From: Mycoplasma mobile 163K
GTDB lineage: Bacteria > Bacillota_I > Bacilli_A > Mycoplasmatales > Metamycoplasmataceae
Assembly (NCBI RefSeq): GCF_000008365.1
Contig: NC_006908.1
Location: forward strand, 120,001 to 152,000
Reading direction: 5' to 3'
DNA: 32,000 bases
The position numbers and the translations under genes are program-made. Positions 1 to 9,551 of the stretch are shown here, one piece after another. Numbering within the stretch: position 1 is the stretch's first letter; each line of letters starts with the position of its first letter. The notes under the pieces were generated by a model that made no database searches, was not told where the DNA came from, and saw nothing but the letters and a program-made list of their open reading frames with translations.

Positions 1-842
1 AATTGATGTAATCTAATAATGCCTTTTGTATCTCTTCCTGCACTACCAGCTTCTGAACGAAAGCAATTTGTGAATGAACTAAATTTTGAGTTTTTTTCCA
101 AATCGATTATTTCATTATTAAATAAATTAGTAACTGGCACTTCTGCTGTTGGAATTAAATATAAATCATGACCCTCTATTTTGAAAAGGTCCTCTTTAAA
201 TTTTGGTAATTGACCTGTTCCATACATCATTTTAGAATTAACTAAAAAAGGAGGCATTATTTCACTATAACCATTTTTTTCATGAGTATCAAGCATAAAT
301 GATTCAAGAGCTCTAATTAATTTTGCTCCAGCATTTTTGTAGACAATAAATCTTGAACCACTCAATTTCGCCCCTCTAGAAAAATCAATCAAATCTTTTT
401 CTACACCAATTTCATAATGTGGTTTTTTAGCTTTAACAAGTCCTCTACCAATTTTTGGAAATTCTTTTAGAATGACATTATCAGTATCATCTTTTCCAAA
501 AGGAACATCATCTAAAGGTATGTTAGGAATAAAAGAGATCAGTTCTTGTATTTTGTTTTCAATTTTAGTTGATTTTTCTTCCAAAATACTTAGTTCTTTC
601 TTAATGTTCTCAACTTCATCCATAAAAAATAAAGCATCTGTTTTATTTCTCTTTGCTTCTCCAATTTTTGAAGAAATTTCATTTCTTTTAGATTGTAATT
701 CACTTAAAGAAATCAATATATTTGCTCTTTCAGTTCCTAATGTATATAATTTTTCAATTTCTGAGACATTAAAATTAGATCTTTGTTTTAATTTTGAAAT
801 TACAAAATCCTTATTTTTTAAAATTAATTTAATATCTAACAT
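1..842 (-). CDS. serS: seryl-tRNA synthetase, N-terminal ~280 codons (3' end runs off the window)
   Basis: Reverse-strand translation from the ATG at 842-840 reads MLDIKLILKNKDFVISKLKQR..., the coiled-coil tRNA-binding arm. It continues with ...GAKLSGSRFIVYKN..., ...YLIPTAEVPVTN... and ...FRSEAGSAGRDTKGIIRLHQ (class II motif 2 of SerRS). No TAA/TAG was seen in frame. Confidence 0.95.
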   Translation of the reverse strand, partial: MLDIKLILKNKDFVISKLKQRSNFNVSEIEKLYTLGTERANILISLSELQSKRNEISSKIGEAKRNKTDALFFMDEVENIKKELSILEEKSTKIENKIQELISFIPNIPLDDVPFGKDDTDNVILKEFPKIGRGLVKAKKPHYEIGVEKDLIDFSRGAKLSGSRFIVYKNAGAKLIRALESFMLDTHEKNGYSEIMPPFLVNSKMMYGTGQLPKFKEDLFKIEGHDLYLIPTAEVPVTNLFNNEIIDLEKNSKFSSFTNCFRSEAGSAGRDTKGIIRLHQ

Positions 843-928
843 AGCATTTTCATTTTACTACATTTTTAATGTTTAAAAATTTTTTGATTCTTAAAAGAAA
901 AATCTTTAATGTAAAATAAAAACATATA

Positions 929-3133
929 ATGAATAAAAATACTTCTTTTAAAATAAAAGCAAAAATTAAAAATGTTATTTGGAAAAATCCAAATAATTTA
1001 GGCATAAAAATTGTTAATTTAGCAATTCTTGAAGACGAATTTAATTATTTGAAAGAAAAAGAATTCCCAGCTAAAGATTATAAATCTATGTTAGTTGAAG
1101 AATTAGAATATGAATTAGATGTAAGTTTTAGTGATGATTCTAAAAAAACACTTTATATTAACAATGCATCAATAACGTTTCCAAATACAGCAAAAAAATT
1201 GATAAATTTTTTTTCATCTTCTCTATTTCCAGGTATCGGAAAAACCTCAGCAACTTTAATTGTTGAAAAATTAAAAATTGATTCTATAGAAAAAATAGTG
1301 GATCATATTGAAGACATTTCAATTTTAATTGGGCAATCAAAAGCTAAAGTAATTCAAGAAGTAATTGAAAATAATTATAATAATTATGAAGCTCATCAAT
1401 TTTTTATAATTAATTCTTTACCCATTTCTTTGTTAGAAAAATTTAGCTTTTATTATGGCAAGAAAAATCTATTAAATAAATTAAAAGAAAATTTATATAA
1501 GATTGTTTATTTTGATCCCTCTGTAAAATTAGAACTTTTAACAAAAATTCACAAACTTTTAAATTTGAAAATTGATGAATTAGAATTTTTAAAAGCTAGT
1601 ATTTACAAAATTCTTTTCCTTTATACCAATAATTCAAATAACACCTACATGAGTTTAGATTTTTTGTTCAAATCTTTTTCTGAAAAATTTAGTTATATTA
1701 GCCTAGATAAAGTTAAATTTTCTGATTTAATAACTTTTTTAAAAAATGAAAAGCATCTAGATTTTTTTAAAATAAAAAATAAAATTTTTGTTATTAGTGA
1801 ATTTTTCAAAGATCACGAAAAATTTATTTTTGAATACATTAGTAGTCTTGAAAAAAAAATTAGTCAGCACACTTTTAATTTAGAAAAAATTATCAATTCT
1901 AAAACTTTAGATTCAATTCAAAAAGAAGCAATAATTTATTCTTTAAATAACTCTTTTAATATTATTAGTGGAATTCCAGGTAGTGGTAAAAGCGCAATTA
2001 TTAAAAGAATTTATAAAAAAGCAAAGGAAATTTATAAAGATGAAGAAATTCATGTTTTAACTCCAACAGGTAAGGCAACAATAATTTTAAAACAAAATAA
2101 TCAAGAAGCAAAAACCATTCACAGTTTTTTAAAATGAAACAAAGATAATAATCAATTTGATTTTAAAACTATAAATTATGATCATGTTAAAGTAATTATT
2201 ATTGATGAATTTAGTATGGTAGATACATATGTTTTTAGCACTTTATTAAAAGTAGTTCCTAATTTAGAAAAATTAATACTTGTAGGTGATTACAATCAGC
2301 TACCTTCTATTAAAGGTGGTCAAATTTTAAAAGATTTAATTGAATCTAATCTTTTTAAAGTCTTTTTTTTAAAAACCAATTATCGTCAAAAAGATAAATT
2401 TGATATTATGAAAAATGCTTTAATGGTTAATGATGATTTGATTCCTACATTTAATTCAGAAAATACTTTATTTCTAGAAGCTTCTTCAGAAAATTATTTT
2501 AATAAATTAACAACTTATCTTGATCTTTTTATTGAAAAACATCATAATTACACTTTTTTTGAAACTATGAATTTAATAAATATATTAAGCGTTAAATATG
2601 AAGGATATGGAGGCATTAACGAAATTAATCAAAGTCTTCAGAATTATTTTCAAAGACATTATTTTAAAGATAATCAACCTTTTTATAAAACTCCAAATTT
2701 AAAATTATTCATAAATGATAAGGTGATTCAAATTGAAAATGATCCTGAAAACGATGTCTATAATGGTGAACTTGGTTTTATTAATAATGTTAAATTGAAA
2801 GAAAATAAAGAAATTGATTTAATTAGTGTTGATTTTGGAAATAAAATAATAACTTACAATTTGAATAATTTTTTGCAATCAGTAAAATTAGCTTATGCAA
2901 TAAGTGTTCATAAATTTCAAGGCTCTGCTTCAGAAATTTTAATTTTTTTAATATTTAAAAATCAGAAAAAATTATTATCTAAAAAACTTATTTATACAGC
3001 TTTTAGTAGAGCAAAATCTTTTTTAATAGTAATTGGTGAACACGAAGCTTTTAGTATAAGTGTTGCAAAAGAAAATAATTTAGATAGAAAAACCTATTTA
3101 AGATATTTACTAAATTTCAATAAAATGAAATAA
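929..3133 (+). CDS. recD2: RecD2-type SF1 DNA helicase (RecD/TraA family), 734 aa
   Basis: Track ORFs 929..2137 and 2216..3133 are both in frame 2 and join through a TGA at 2135-2137, with no TAA/TAG between them. There is an HhH-like GIGKTSATLIVEKL near the N-terminus. Helicase motifs present are GIPGSGKS (Walker A, ~1972-1995), IIIDEFSMV, LILVGDYNQLPSI, TNYRQ, AISVHKFQGSASEILIF and YTAFSRAKSFLIVIG. Confidence 0.9.
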
Positions 3134-3273
3134 GTTAATTTTAGAACTGTTAACAATATCTACTCTTATAATTCTATAGCATCAAATTCTAAATATTTTT
3201 AGCTTTAAGTTCTTTTTGAATTGTAGGAAGTGATTTTATCAAAGCTGCATCTTTTTCAACTTTTTCAAGTCTA
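2485..3273. repeat. Left copy of a long direct repeat (recD2 3' end, intergenic spacer and 3' end of the downstream minus-strand gene)
   Basis: Aligns base for base with 5710..6499. The offset is 3225 nt and becomes 3226 after an A5 (2535-2539) versus A6 (5760-5765) difference. Only a handful of substitutions were seen by eye. Confidence 0.95.
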
Positions 3274-3385
3274 GATGTGACTCTATCTGATTTTGAATTC
3301 ATGTTTTTAGAAAGACTTTCAATTAACTCTAAAATTTTAATTTGATTTTTTAACTTCTTTTTTAAATATCTATATTTTTTACTTT
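3189..3385 (-). pseudogene. Decayed remnant of the coiled-coil protein gene (paralog of 6415..6783)
   Basis: The minus-strand reading ends ...SRLEKVEKDAALIKSLPTIQKELKAKNI* with its stop at 3189-3191, against ...NRLENVEKDVVLIKSLPTIQKELKARNI* in the intact copy. Only 37 codons follow the first ATG (3302-3300). An upstream in-frame TAA lies at ~3385, and the N-terminal half and most heptad units are missing. Confidence 0.65.
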
Positions 3386-3814
3386 AGATTTTAATTTAAG
3401 TAAAAAACCCTTATGTATTTAGATAAAACATAAAATTATTACTTTCTTTTTTGTAAGTAGGAATTATTTATGTAAGTATAGAGCATACTTAATTTATTTC
3501 TAAAAGATGTTTTTGTAATTTTAAAGCTAAATTAAAATTCATTTCAGTTTTTTAAAACTTAAAATAATTTCTAAATAACAAATAAAAATTATTTTCCTTA
3601 AATTCTTTAAGAATAGTATTTCTTTGTTCGTTTTATATATTTTTTAGTAGAGTTATTTGCATCTAATAGTTAGATTAATGAAAATTTTTTAAAATCGCTA
3701 CTCTATTACAAGATATAAATTTTAGAGTTTAGTTTTTATTTACCATTTTTAGATCTAAAAGTTTTTAAATTAACAAAAAAGTTTTTATTTAAAGAAATAA
3801 TATAAACTTTATTT

Positions 3815-4604
3815 ATGGACAAAGGTTTAGATTTATTGATAGATTCATTAAAAAATTTGAAAAAATTTGCATCTTATGGTGCAAAAGGTAAGGATTTTGA
3901 AGATAAGGTTAAATCAGAGTTAGAAAAAATGCATTTTAAACAGACATCATTGAAAATTACTGATCCATTAAATCTTTTTCAGGAATTTCTCGAAGAACAC
4001 AAAAAATCAGTTTTTGAAGAAGTAGTAAAAAAACTAAAAGACCAAGTTTTAGATAAAAAAAATTTTGAATCAATTTCAAATTTATTTAGAAAATTTTTAG
4101 GTGAAAGTAATAAATATTTGTATGTGTATCAACCATTTGGTTCGCAAGATTTTCCAGATTTTTTGGTTTTTACAGAAAATTGAATCATTCCTTTAGAAGT
4201 AAAGTACTCCGAAAAAACGAATGGACAACCAAAATGAAATTCCAATATTCCAAAATCAAATTCAATTTATTTGCAAATTCTAAAAATTTTACTTATTTTT
4301 TAGGTGGAGATTATATTTCTCCAGAAATAAGAATAGAATTCATAGATTATTTTGAAAATTTTAATGAATCAAAAAAATACAAGACCAATTAGTTAAAATA
4401 AAAGATCTTGCTGAGGAAAATAAAAAGTTGAAAAATCCTTTTGGAATCTATCCAAAAATAAGAATTGATTATTTGCAAAGAGATGATTTCAAAATTGGTG
4501 AGAATAAATATCCCCGCAATACAACTTTATTCGATTTTTCTAAAAAGAATAATTGAGAAAATTTAGTTATTAAATATTTATGAGAATTAAAAAATGAAAA
4601 ATAA
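3815..4604 (+). pseudogene. Type II restriction endonuclease (PD-(D/E)xK-like), disrupted by two -1 frameshifts
   Basis: Frame 2 (3815-4303) contains ...YVYQPFGSQDFPDFLVFTENWIIPLEVKYSEK, a PD-x12-E-V-K arrangement, and hits TAG at 4301. The sensible continuation is in frame 1, with TAG at 4390. It then moves to frame 3 and ends at TAA 4602-4604, overlapping the methyltransferase start by 11 nt. The span is 790 nt, so adding 2 nt gives 263 codons plus stop. Confidence 0.6.
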
Positions 4605-5523
4605 TAAGCTAGATCAATTTTATACAAACCCAAAAATAGTAGATTCTTTACTAAAAATTGTTTTTGATCTTTTTTACTCTTTAAGAAATGATCAAAGTCA
4701 GTACACTTTTATTGAACCGTCAGCAGGTTCGGGCAATTTTATTGATGGACTTTATAAATTAGGAGTTGATATTAAAAAAAATGTAAGGGCTTTTGATATT
4801 GACCCAAAAAATAATAGTATTATTGAAAAAAAGGACTTTTTTGATGTAAATTTCAATGAAATGAATTTAAATAAGAAAAAAACTGTCACCATTGGGAATC
4901 CTCCATTTGGAAAAAAAGGAGATTTAGCTCTTAAATTTTTAAATAAAAGTTTAGAGCATAGCGGAATTGTTGCATTTATACTTCCAAAAATTTTCAATAG
5001 ATATTTAACACAATCAAAAGTAAAAAATGATTCCAAACTTATTTTTCAACAAAATATAGATTCCAATTCTTTTTTGGTAAATGATAGAGAATACAATGTA
5101 AATTGTTGTTTTCAAATTTGAATTAGCCCAGAAGTAAAAGTTTCCATATCTAATCTTAGATTGGAAAAGCAAATAAAAGCATTAACTTCTGATGTTGAAT
5201 TATTTGTCCACAACAATACGAAAGAAACATTAAAATATTTCGATAAAAAAAAATATAATTGAGATTTTGCTGTTCATAGACAAGGTTATTATGATTACAA
5301 TAAAAAAATTATTAACCCAAAAAAATTAATTCAGAATAGACAATATCTATTCATAAAATGCAAAAATGAAGAAATAAAACAATATGTTGAAAAAATTGAT
5401 TTTAGTAAACTTTCAAAGGAAAATTCAACAACAATTTTTGGTTTTTCAAATTCAGATTTTTACAAAGAACTTTATGAATTAATTTTGCACGAATTTTCTG
5501 AAAAGGAATTTAATTTTGATTAA
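4594..5523 (+). CDS. N6-adenine DNA methyltransferase, gamma class (motif I before motif IV), 309 aa
   Basis: The frame-1 ORF 4594..5121 continues through TGA codons at 5119 and 5260 to TAA at 5521-5523. It has N-terminal DQFYTNP, the AdoMet motif I FIEPSAGSGNF (~4711-4743) and the catalytic motif IV IGNPPFG (~4891-4911). Confidence 0.9.
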
Positions 5524-5709
5524 AGTCTATTTTAATTTTAAAATAAAAATAGAAACTTAATAAAAAGTTTTAAATATTTGAAAATAGCAAATTTCTTTTG
5601 CTGATTTAATAATTTAATATAGTATATATTTCAAAACAAGATTGAAAAATAATTTTAAAAATTAGCAAAATATTTATATTTAATTAATTTTTTTTCCTTT
5701 ATAAGGATA

Positions 5710-6359
5710 TTCAGAAAATTATTTTAATAAATTAACAACTTATCTTGATCTTTTTATTGAAAAAACATCATAATTACACTTTTTTTGAAACTATGAATTT
5801 AATAAATATATTAAGCATTAAATATGAAGGATATGGAGGCATTAATGAAATAAATCAAAGTCTTCAGAATTATTTTCAAAGACATTATTTTAAAGATAAT
5901 CAACCTTTTTATAAAACTCCAAATTTAAAATTATTCATAAATGATAAGGTGATTCAAATTGAAAATGATCCTGAAAACGATGTCTATAATGGTGAACTTG
6001 GTTTTATTAATAATGTTAAATTGAAAGAAAATAAAGAAATTGATTTAATTAGTGTTGATTTTGGAAATAAAATAATAACTTACAATTTGAATAATTTTTT
6101 GCAATCAGTAAAATTAGCTTATGCAATAAGTGTTCATAAATTTCAAGGCTCTGCTTCAGAAATTTTAATTTTTTTAATATTTAAAAATCAGAAAAAATTA
6201 TTATCTAAAAAACTTATTTATACAGCTTTTAGTAGAGCAAAATCTTTTTTAATAGTAATTGGTGAACACGAAGCTTTTAGTATAAGTGTTGCAAAAGAAA
6301 ATAATTTAGATAGAAAAACCTATTTAAGATATTTACTAAATTTCAATAAAATGAAATAA
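5710..6359 (+). pseudogene. Truncated duplicate of the recD2 3' end (last ~204 codons)
   Basis: Nearly identical to 2485..3133, with the same stop position (6357-6359 versus 3131-3133). It has no helicase N-terminal half, no ATP-binding motifs and no convincing start or RBS. The one-base A-run difference at 5760-5765 puts the first ~50 nt out of frame. Confidence 0.9.
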
Positions 6360-6499
6360 GTTAATTTTAGAACTGTTAACAATATCTACTCTTATAATTC
6401 TATAGCATCAAATTCTAAATATTTCTAGCTTTAAGCTCTTTTTGAATTGTAGGAAGTGATTTTATCAAAACTACATCTTTTTCAACATTCTCAAGTCTA
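5710..6499. repeat. Right copy of the long direct repeat
   Basis: See 2485..3273. It includes a copy of the last ~650 nt of recD2, the 55-nt spacer and the 3' end of the coiled-coil gene. Confidence 0.95.
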
Positions 6500-6783
6500 T
6501 TTTCAACTTTTTCAAGTCTATTTTCAACATTCTCAAGTCTATTTTCAATTTTATCTAATCTTGTGTTTATACTTTTTATACCACTTGAAAGATTTTCAAT
6601 TTTAGTATCAAAACTTTTAGAAAGATTTTCAATTGCATTTAAAATATTTTGATTTGATTTTGTAGCTTCTTTTTTGATAAAAACTCCTTCAATAATATAT
6701 TTATAAGAATTACCATCATTAAAAATTTCTTCTAATTTTTGAATTTCTGATTTTCTTATTATTTCTAATATTTTCTTTTTCAA
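6415..6783 (-). CDS. Small coiled-coil protein with heptad repeats (122 aa); possibly related to the mycoplasma DUF16-type coiled-coil family
   Basis: TTG start at 6783-6781, preceded by a strong SD (AAAGGAGAAGTA on the coding strand). The C-terminal half reads ...RLDKIENRLENVENRLEKVENRLENVEKD..., a perfect heptad periodicity. The family assignment is from memory of the motif style only. Confidence 0.7.
   Translation of the reverse strand: MKKKILEIIRKSEIQKLEEIFNDGNSYKYIIEGVFIKKEATKSNQNILNAIENLSKSFDTKIENLSSGIKSINTRLDKIENRLENVENRLEKVENRLENVEKDVVLIKSLPTIQKELKARNI
6483..6545. repeat. Three tandem 21-nt units inside the coiled-coil CDS
   Basis: CAACATTCTCAAGTCTATTTT (6483-6503), CAACTTTTTCAAGTCTATTTT (6504-6524) and CAACATTCTCAAGTCTATTTT (6525-6545). 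Degenerate units flank the array. The units encode ENRLENV/ENRLEKV on the minus strand. Confidence 0.95.
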
Positions 6784-8076
6784 TACTTCTCCTTTAATTT
6801 TATCTTTTTTGTATAAACTTTTTAAAAAGTTTCAATTTTTTAAAGTTTTAAAACTTTTTTCTTGCAAATTTTAATTCAAGTAAAAAACACTTAAGCAATT
6901 AGGAAAACTTACAATTATTCCTTTTTGTTATAGAAATTATTTTTATAAAATATAGAAAAGTTTTAATCTTTTAAGGCATTTAAAAAAATATAATAAAAAA
7001 CCATACTTGAAAAAATTAAGACTTTATATTATATTTTGTAATCAATTGATTGATTTTAGATATTTATTTTCCCTTCAATTACAAATAACTTAAAATAAAT
7101 TTTCTTAATGAAAATAATCATTAAAAAAGAAATTTTCAATTTAAAATCTTTTACACTTAGTAATTACAAATCTTTACTTTTTAATTCTTTTATTTTTCTT
7201 TATCAATTGAAAATAAAAATTTTAATTAATTTTTATTCAGGATTAAGTACTAACTACTTTTGCATTTCTTTCAATTTTAATTACAACATGTGAAATAGTT
7301 AAAATTGCAAATCATAATAACAATAGGCACTAGAATATTGAATCAACTAAACTAAATTTTAAAGAAATTCATATTACTAAAGAAATTAGTTTTTCATATA
7401 TAAAATATAAAACAAACTAATCATAGTAATTTTTTATCTTACAAATTAAATAATCAAAATTTAAATGAATTTGTAATGTTCATAGAATCTTTTAATGCAA
7501 TTACTTTTGCTTTTTTTAAAAAATCTAGTAATTTTCTAGCAAGTTTTACTTTAAATTCTGGTGTTTTAGGCACAATAATAGTTTTGATTTAACTATTAAA
7601 GATACAAAAGCATTTTAAATTTAAATGTCCTATAAGTTTATAAACGTACTTTAAATAAAAAAATTTTTAGAATTCTGATTCTTTCAAACTTTATTCTATA
7701 AAACTAAAGATTTAAAATTAAGAAAAAGCAAGACAATTCAAGAAACAAGTTCACATTTTTATGACTAATCTAAGAAAATAAAATATGAAATTAGTAATTA
7801 AAAAAAAGTACTAGTTATAGAATATTTCAAGAGATTAAATTTAATTTCATGAAGGCAATTTTCTATAAATGATATTTCATATTTGTAGTATCATTATTTT
7901 AAAACTTTCAATATTTATTAAAAAGCAAAATAACTTGTTTTTTAATAAATTTACCAAGCTCCTCTCTTTAAAAGAAAATAAATTCTAAAAAATAATTAAG
8001 CCTAATTTTTTGTTAAATTTACTTTATTATGGCATAGTTAAATATTATGTTAAAAAATATTATGAAAGTGAGAAAT

Positions 8077-9525
8077 ATGAAAATTAAAAATAAATTAATT
8101 GTAGGATTAGGAACAATTGCTACTATTGCAATTCCTACAATTACAGTTGTAGCTTGTGGAACAGTTACAAATCCAAATGTATCAACAGAAATTGCATCAA
8201 TTGCAGGACTAAGAGGACTAGCAGGAATATCAGATTCAACTAATTTAACTCCAAGTCAAACTAGTGATGTAAGATTATATATTGAAAAAGAAATTAGTTC
8301 AATTGGAGAATTAGAATTAACTGGAAATTTTAAAAATACTTTACCTTCACAAATTACAAATCAAAATTTAAATCAATTTGTTAAAACACCAGAGCAATCA
8401 AATGGAGTAGCTTTTAAGTTATTTTTAGATGAGACATATGGAAGAAATGATGAAGATGGAGAAATAACTGTATTTATTAGCGGAACTGCTCTAGGTGTAA
8501 CACATTCAAATCACTTTGATTTTCATTTTTTAATTGACGATTTTAAAGAAGAGCAAAAAGCTGATACTATTAAAGATGCTATTAAAAAATTACCACCATT
8601 AGAATTAATTGGAAATTTTAAAAATACTTTACCTTCACAAATTACAAATCAAAATTTAAATCAATTTGTTAAAACACCACCTACTTCTAATGGGGTTACT
8701 TTTTCTTTAAGTTTAATTAACAGTAATTGAGAATGATTAGAATTTTTACCGGAAGATATTAGAGATAATTTTTCTGCAAATGATGCTGAAGGAGAATTGC
8801 TTGTTGCTATTTCAGGAACATATCAAGGTTATACTTTAAGACCTATAATAGTTCCTGATTCTTCAGTAAATTTTCAAGACATTTTTTTAAGAGATTCTAC
8901 AGTACAACCCATTAAAGGATTTAAAATTAGTGATAATAGTTCAAAAATTTTAAGTGCTTTAAATAAAATAACTACTTTAAATAAAACAGGTGATTTTACT
9001 AGTACTTTAGTTACAGAAATTACAAATGAAAATTTAAATCAATTTGTTATAACACCAGAACCTATTGATGGAGTAGAATTTACTTTGAATTTAATTAGAA
9101 GAGATGAAGAATTTGGTGAGCTACATATTTACATAACAGGTACTTACCAAGGAGATAAACATGTTACTTCTTTTTGAAAAGGAAGATTTAATCCAAAAAT
9201 TATTAAAGTATCAGGATTTCAAATTGATGAAACAATTATTACAATTAAAGAAGCACTAAGAAAAATTCCTAGATTTTTAACACTACTTAGTGATTTGAAT
9301 TTGGTTATTGCTTCAACTGTTACAAATCAAAATTTAAATCAATTTGTTAAAACACCAGAACCTATCAATGGAGTAAGCTTTACTTTAAGAATCTATGAAA
9401 GAGATGATGATTCTTTGGAAATAGTTGTTATTGGAACATATCAAGACTTGAGATGATTTAACACAAATATTCATTCTTCTGGTGGAAATCCAATTAGAGA
9501 ATTAGAATTTAAAGATATAGATTAA
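8077..9525 (+). CDS. Modular surface lipoprotein, 482 aa, four tandem ~96-126 aa modules
   Basis: Track ORFs 8047..8730 and 8797..9177 plus the downstream sequence are all in frame 1. They join through TGA codons to TAA at 9523-9525. The signal peptide MKIKNKLIVGLGTIATIAIPTITVVAC has a lipobox Cys. Alternative in-frame ATGs lie at 8047 and 8062. The motif (I/V)TNQNLNQFVKTP...NGV.F.L...GE..V.I.GTYQG recurs four times. Confidence 0.85.
8311..8391 (+). repeat. 81-nt internal direct repeat, copy 1
   Basis: TTAGAATTAACTGGAAATTTTAAAAATACTTTACCTTCACAAATTACAAATCAAAATTTAAATCAATTTGTTAAAACACCA. It is identical to 8599..8679 except for one base (C/T at repeat position 11). Confidence 0.95.
8599..8679 (+). 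repeat. 81-nt internal direct repeat, copy 2 (288 nt = 96 codons downstream of copy 1)
   Basis: See 8311..8391. Confidence 0.95.
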
Positions 9526-9551
9526 TCTTATTGATTCTGATAATAAAAAAC

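Noticed and set aside
472-876. 134-aa ORF on the + strand.
   Set aside because: It lies entirely antisense to serS. The product is low-complexity and F/S/L/I-rich, typical of a shadow ORF in AT-rich DNA.
4180-4392. 70-aa ORF that could be called as a separate small gene.
   Set aside because: Its first half is the out-of-frame overlap with the nuclease core, and its second half is the natural continuation of that protein. It is better explained as the middle segment of a frameshifted endonuclease.
4752-5036. 94-aa ORF on the - strand.
   Set aside because: Antisense to the well-supported methyltransferase CDS, with no motifs.
5245-5253. A9 homopolymer inside the methyltransferase, as a possible phase-variation switch.
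   Set aside because: An equally long A9 run occurs in the housekeeping recD2 gene (1851-1859), so runs of this length are background in this genome. There is no evidence of length heterogeneity from a single sequence.
5524-5601. AT-only inverted repeats (TCTATTTT...AAAATAGA) and GCAAA-TTTCT-TTTGC downstream of the methyltransferase, as terminators or cassette ends.
   Set aside because: The stems are short or purely A/T, and such pairings are abundant by chance here. No matching inverted repeat was found at the other end of the cassette (around 3480-3814).
5745-6359. 204-aa ORF that could be called as a small helicase-like gene.
   Set aside because: It is a near-identical copy of only the C-terminal third of recD2. 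It lacks Walker A/B, has no ATG or RBS (the track start is a TTG inside the repeat), and begins at the duplication boundary. It is a duplication by-product.
7108-7293. 61-aa ORF in the long intergenic gap.
   Set aside because: Extremely low-complexity (I/F/L/N/K) product with no RBS and no motif. This is expected by chance in AT-rich non-coding DNA.
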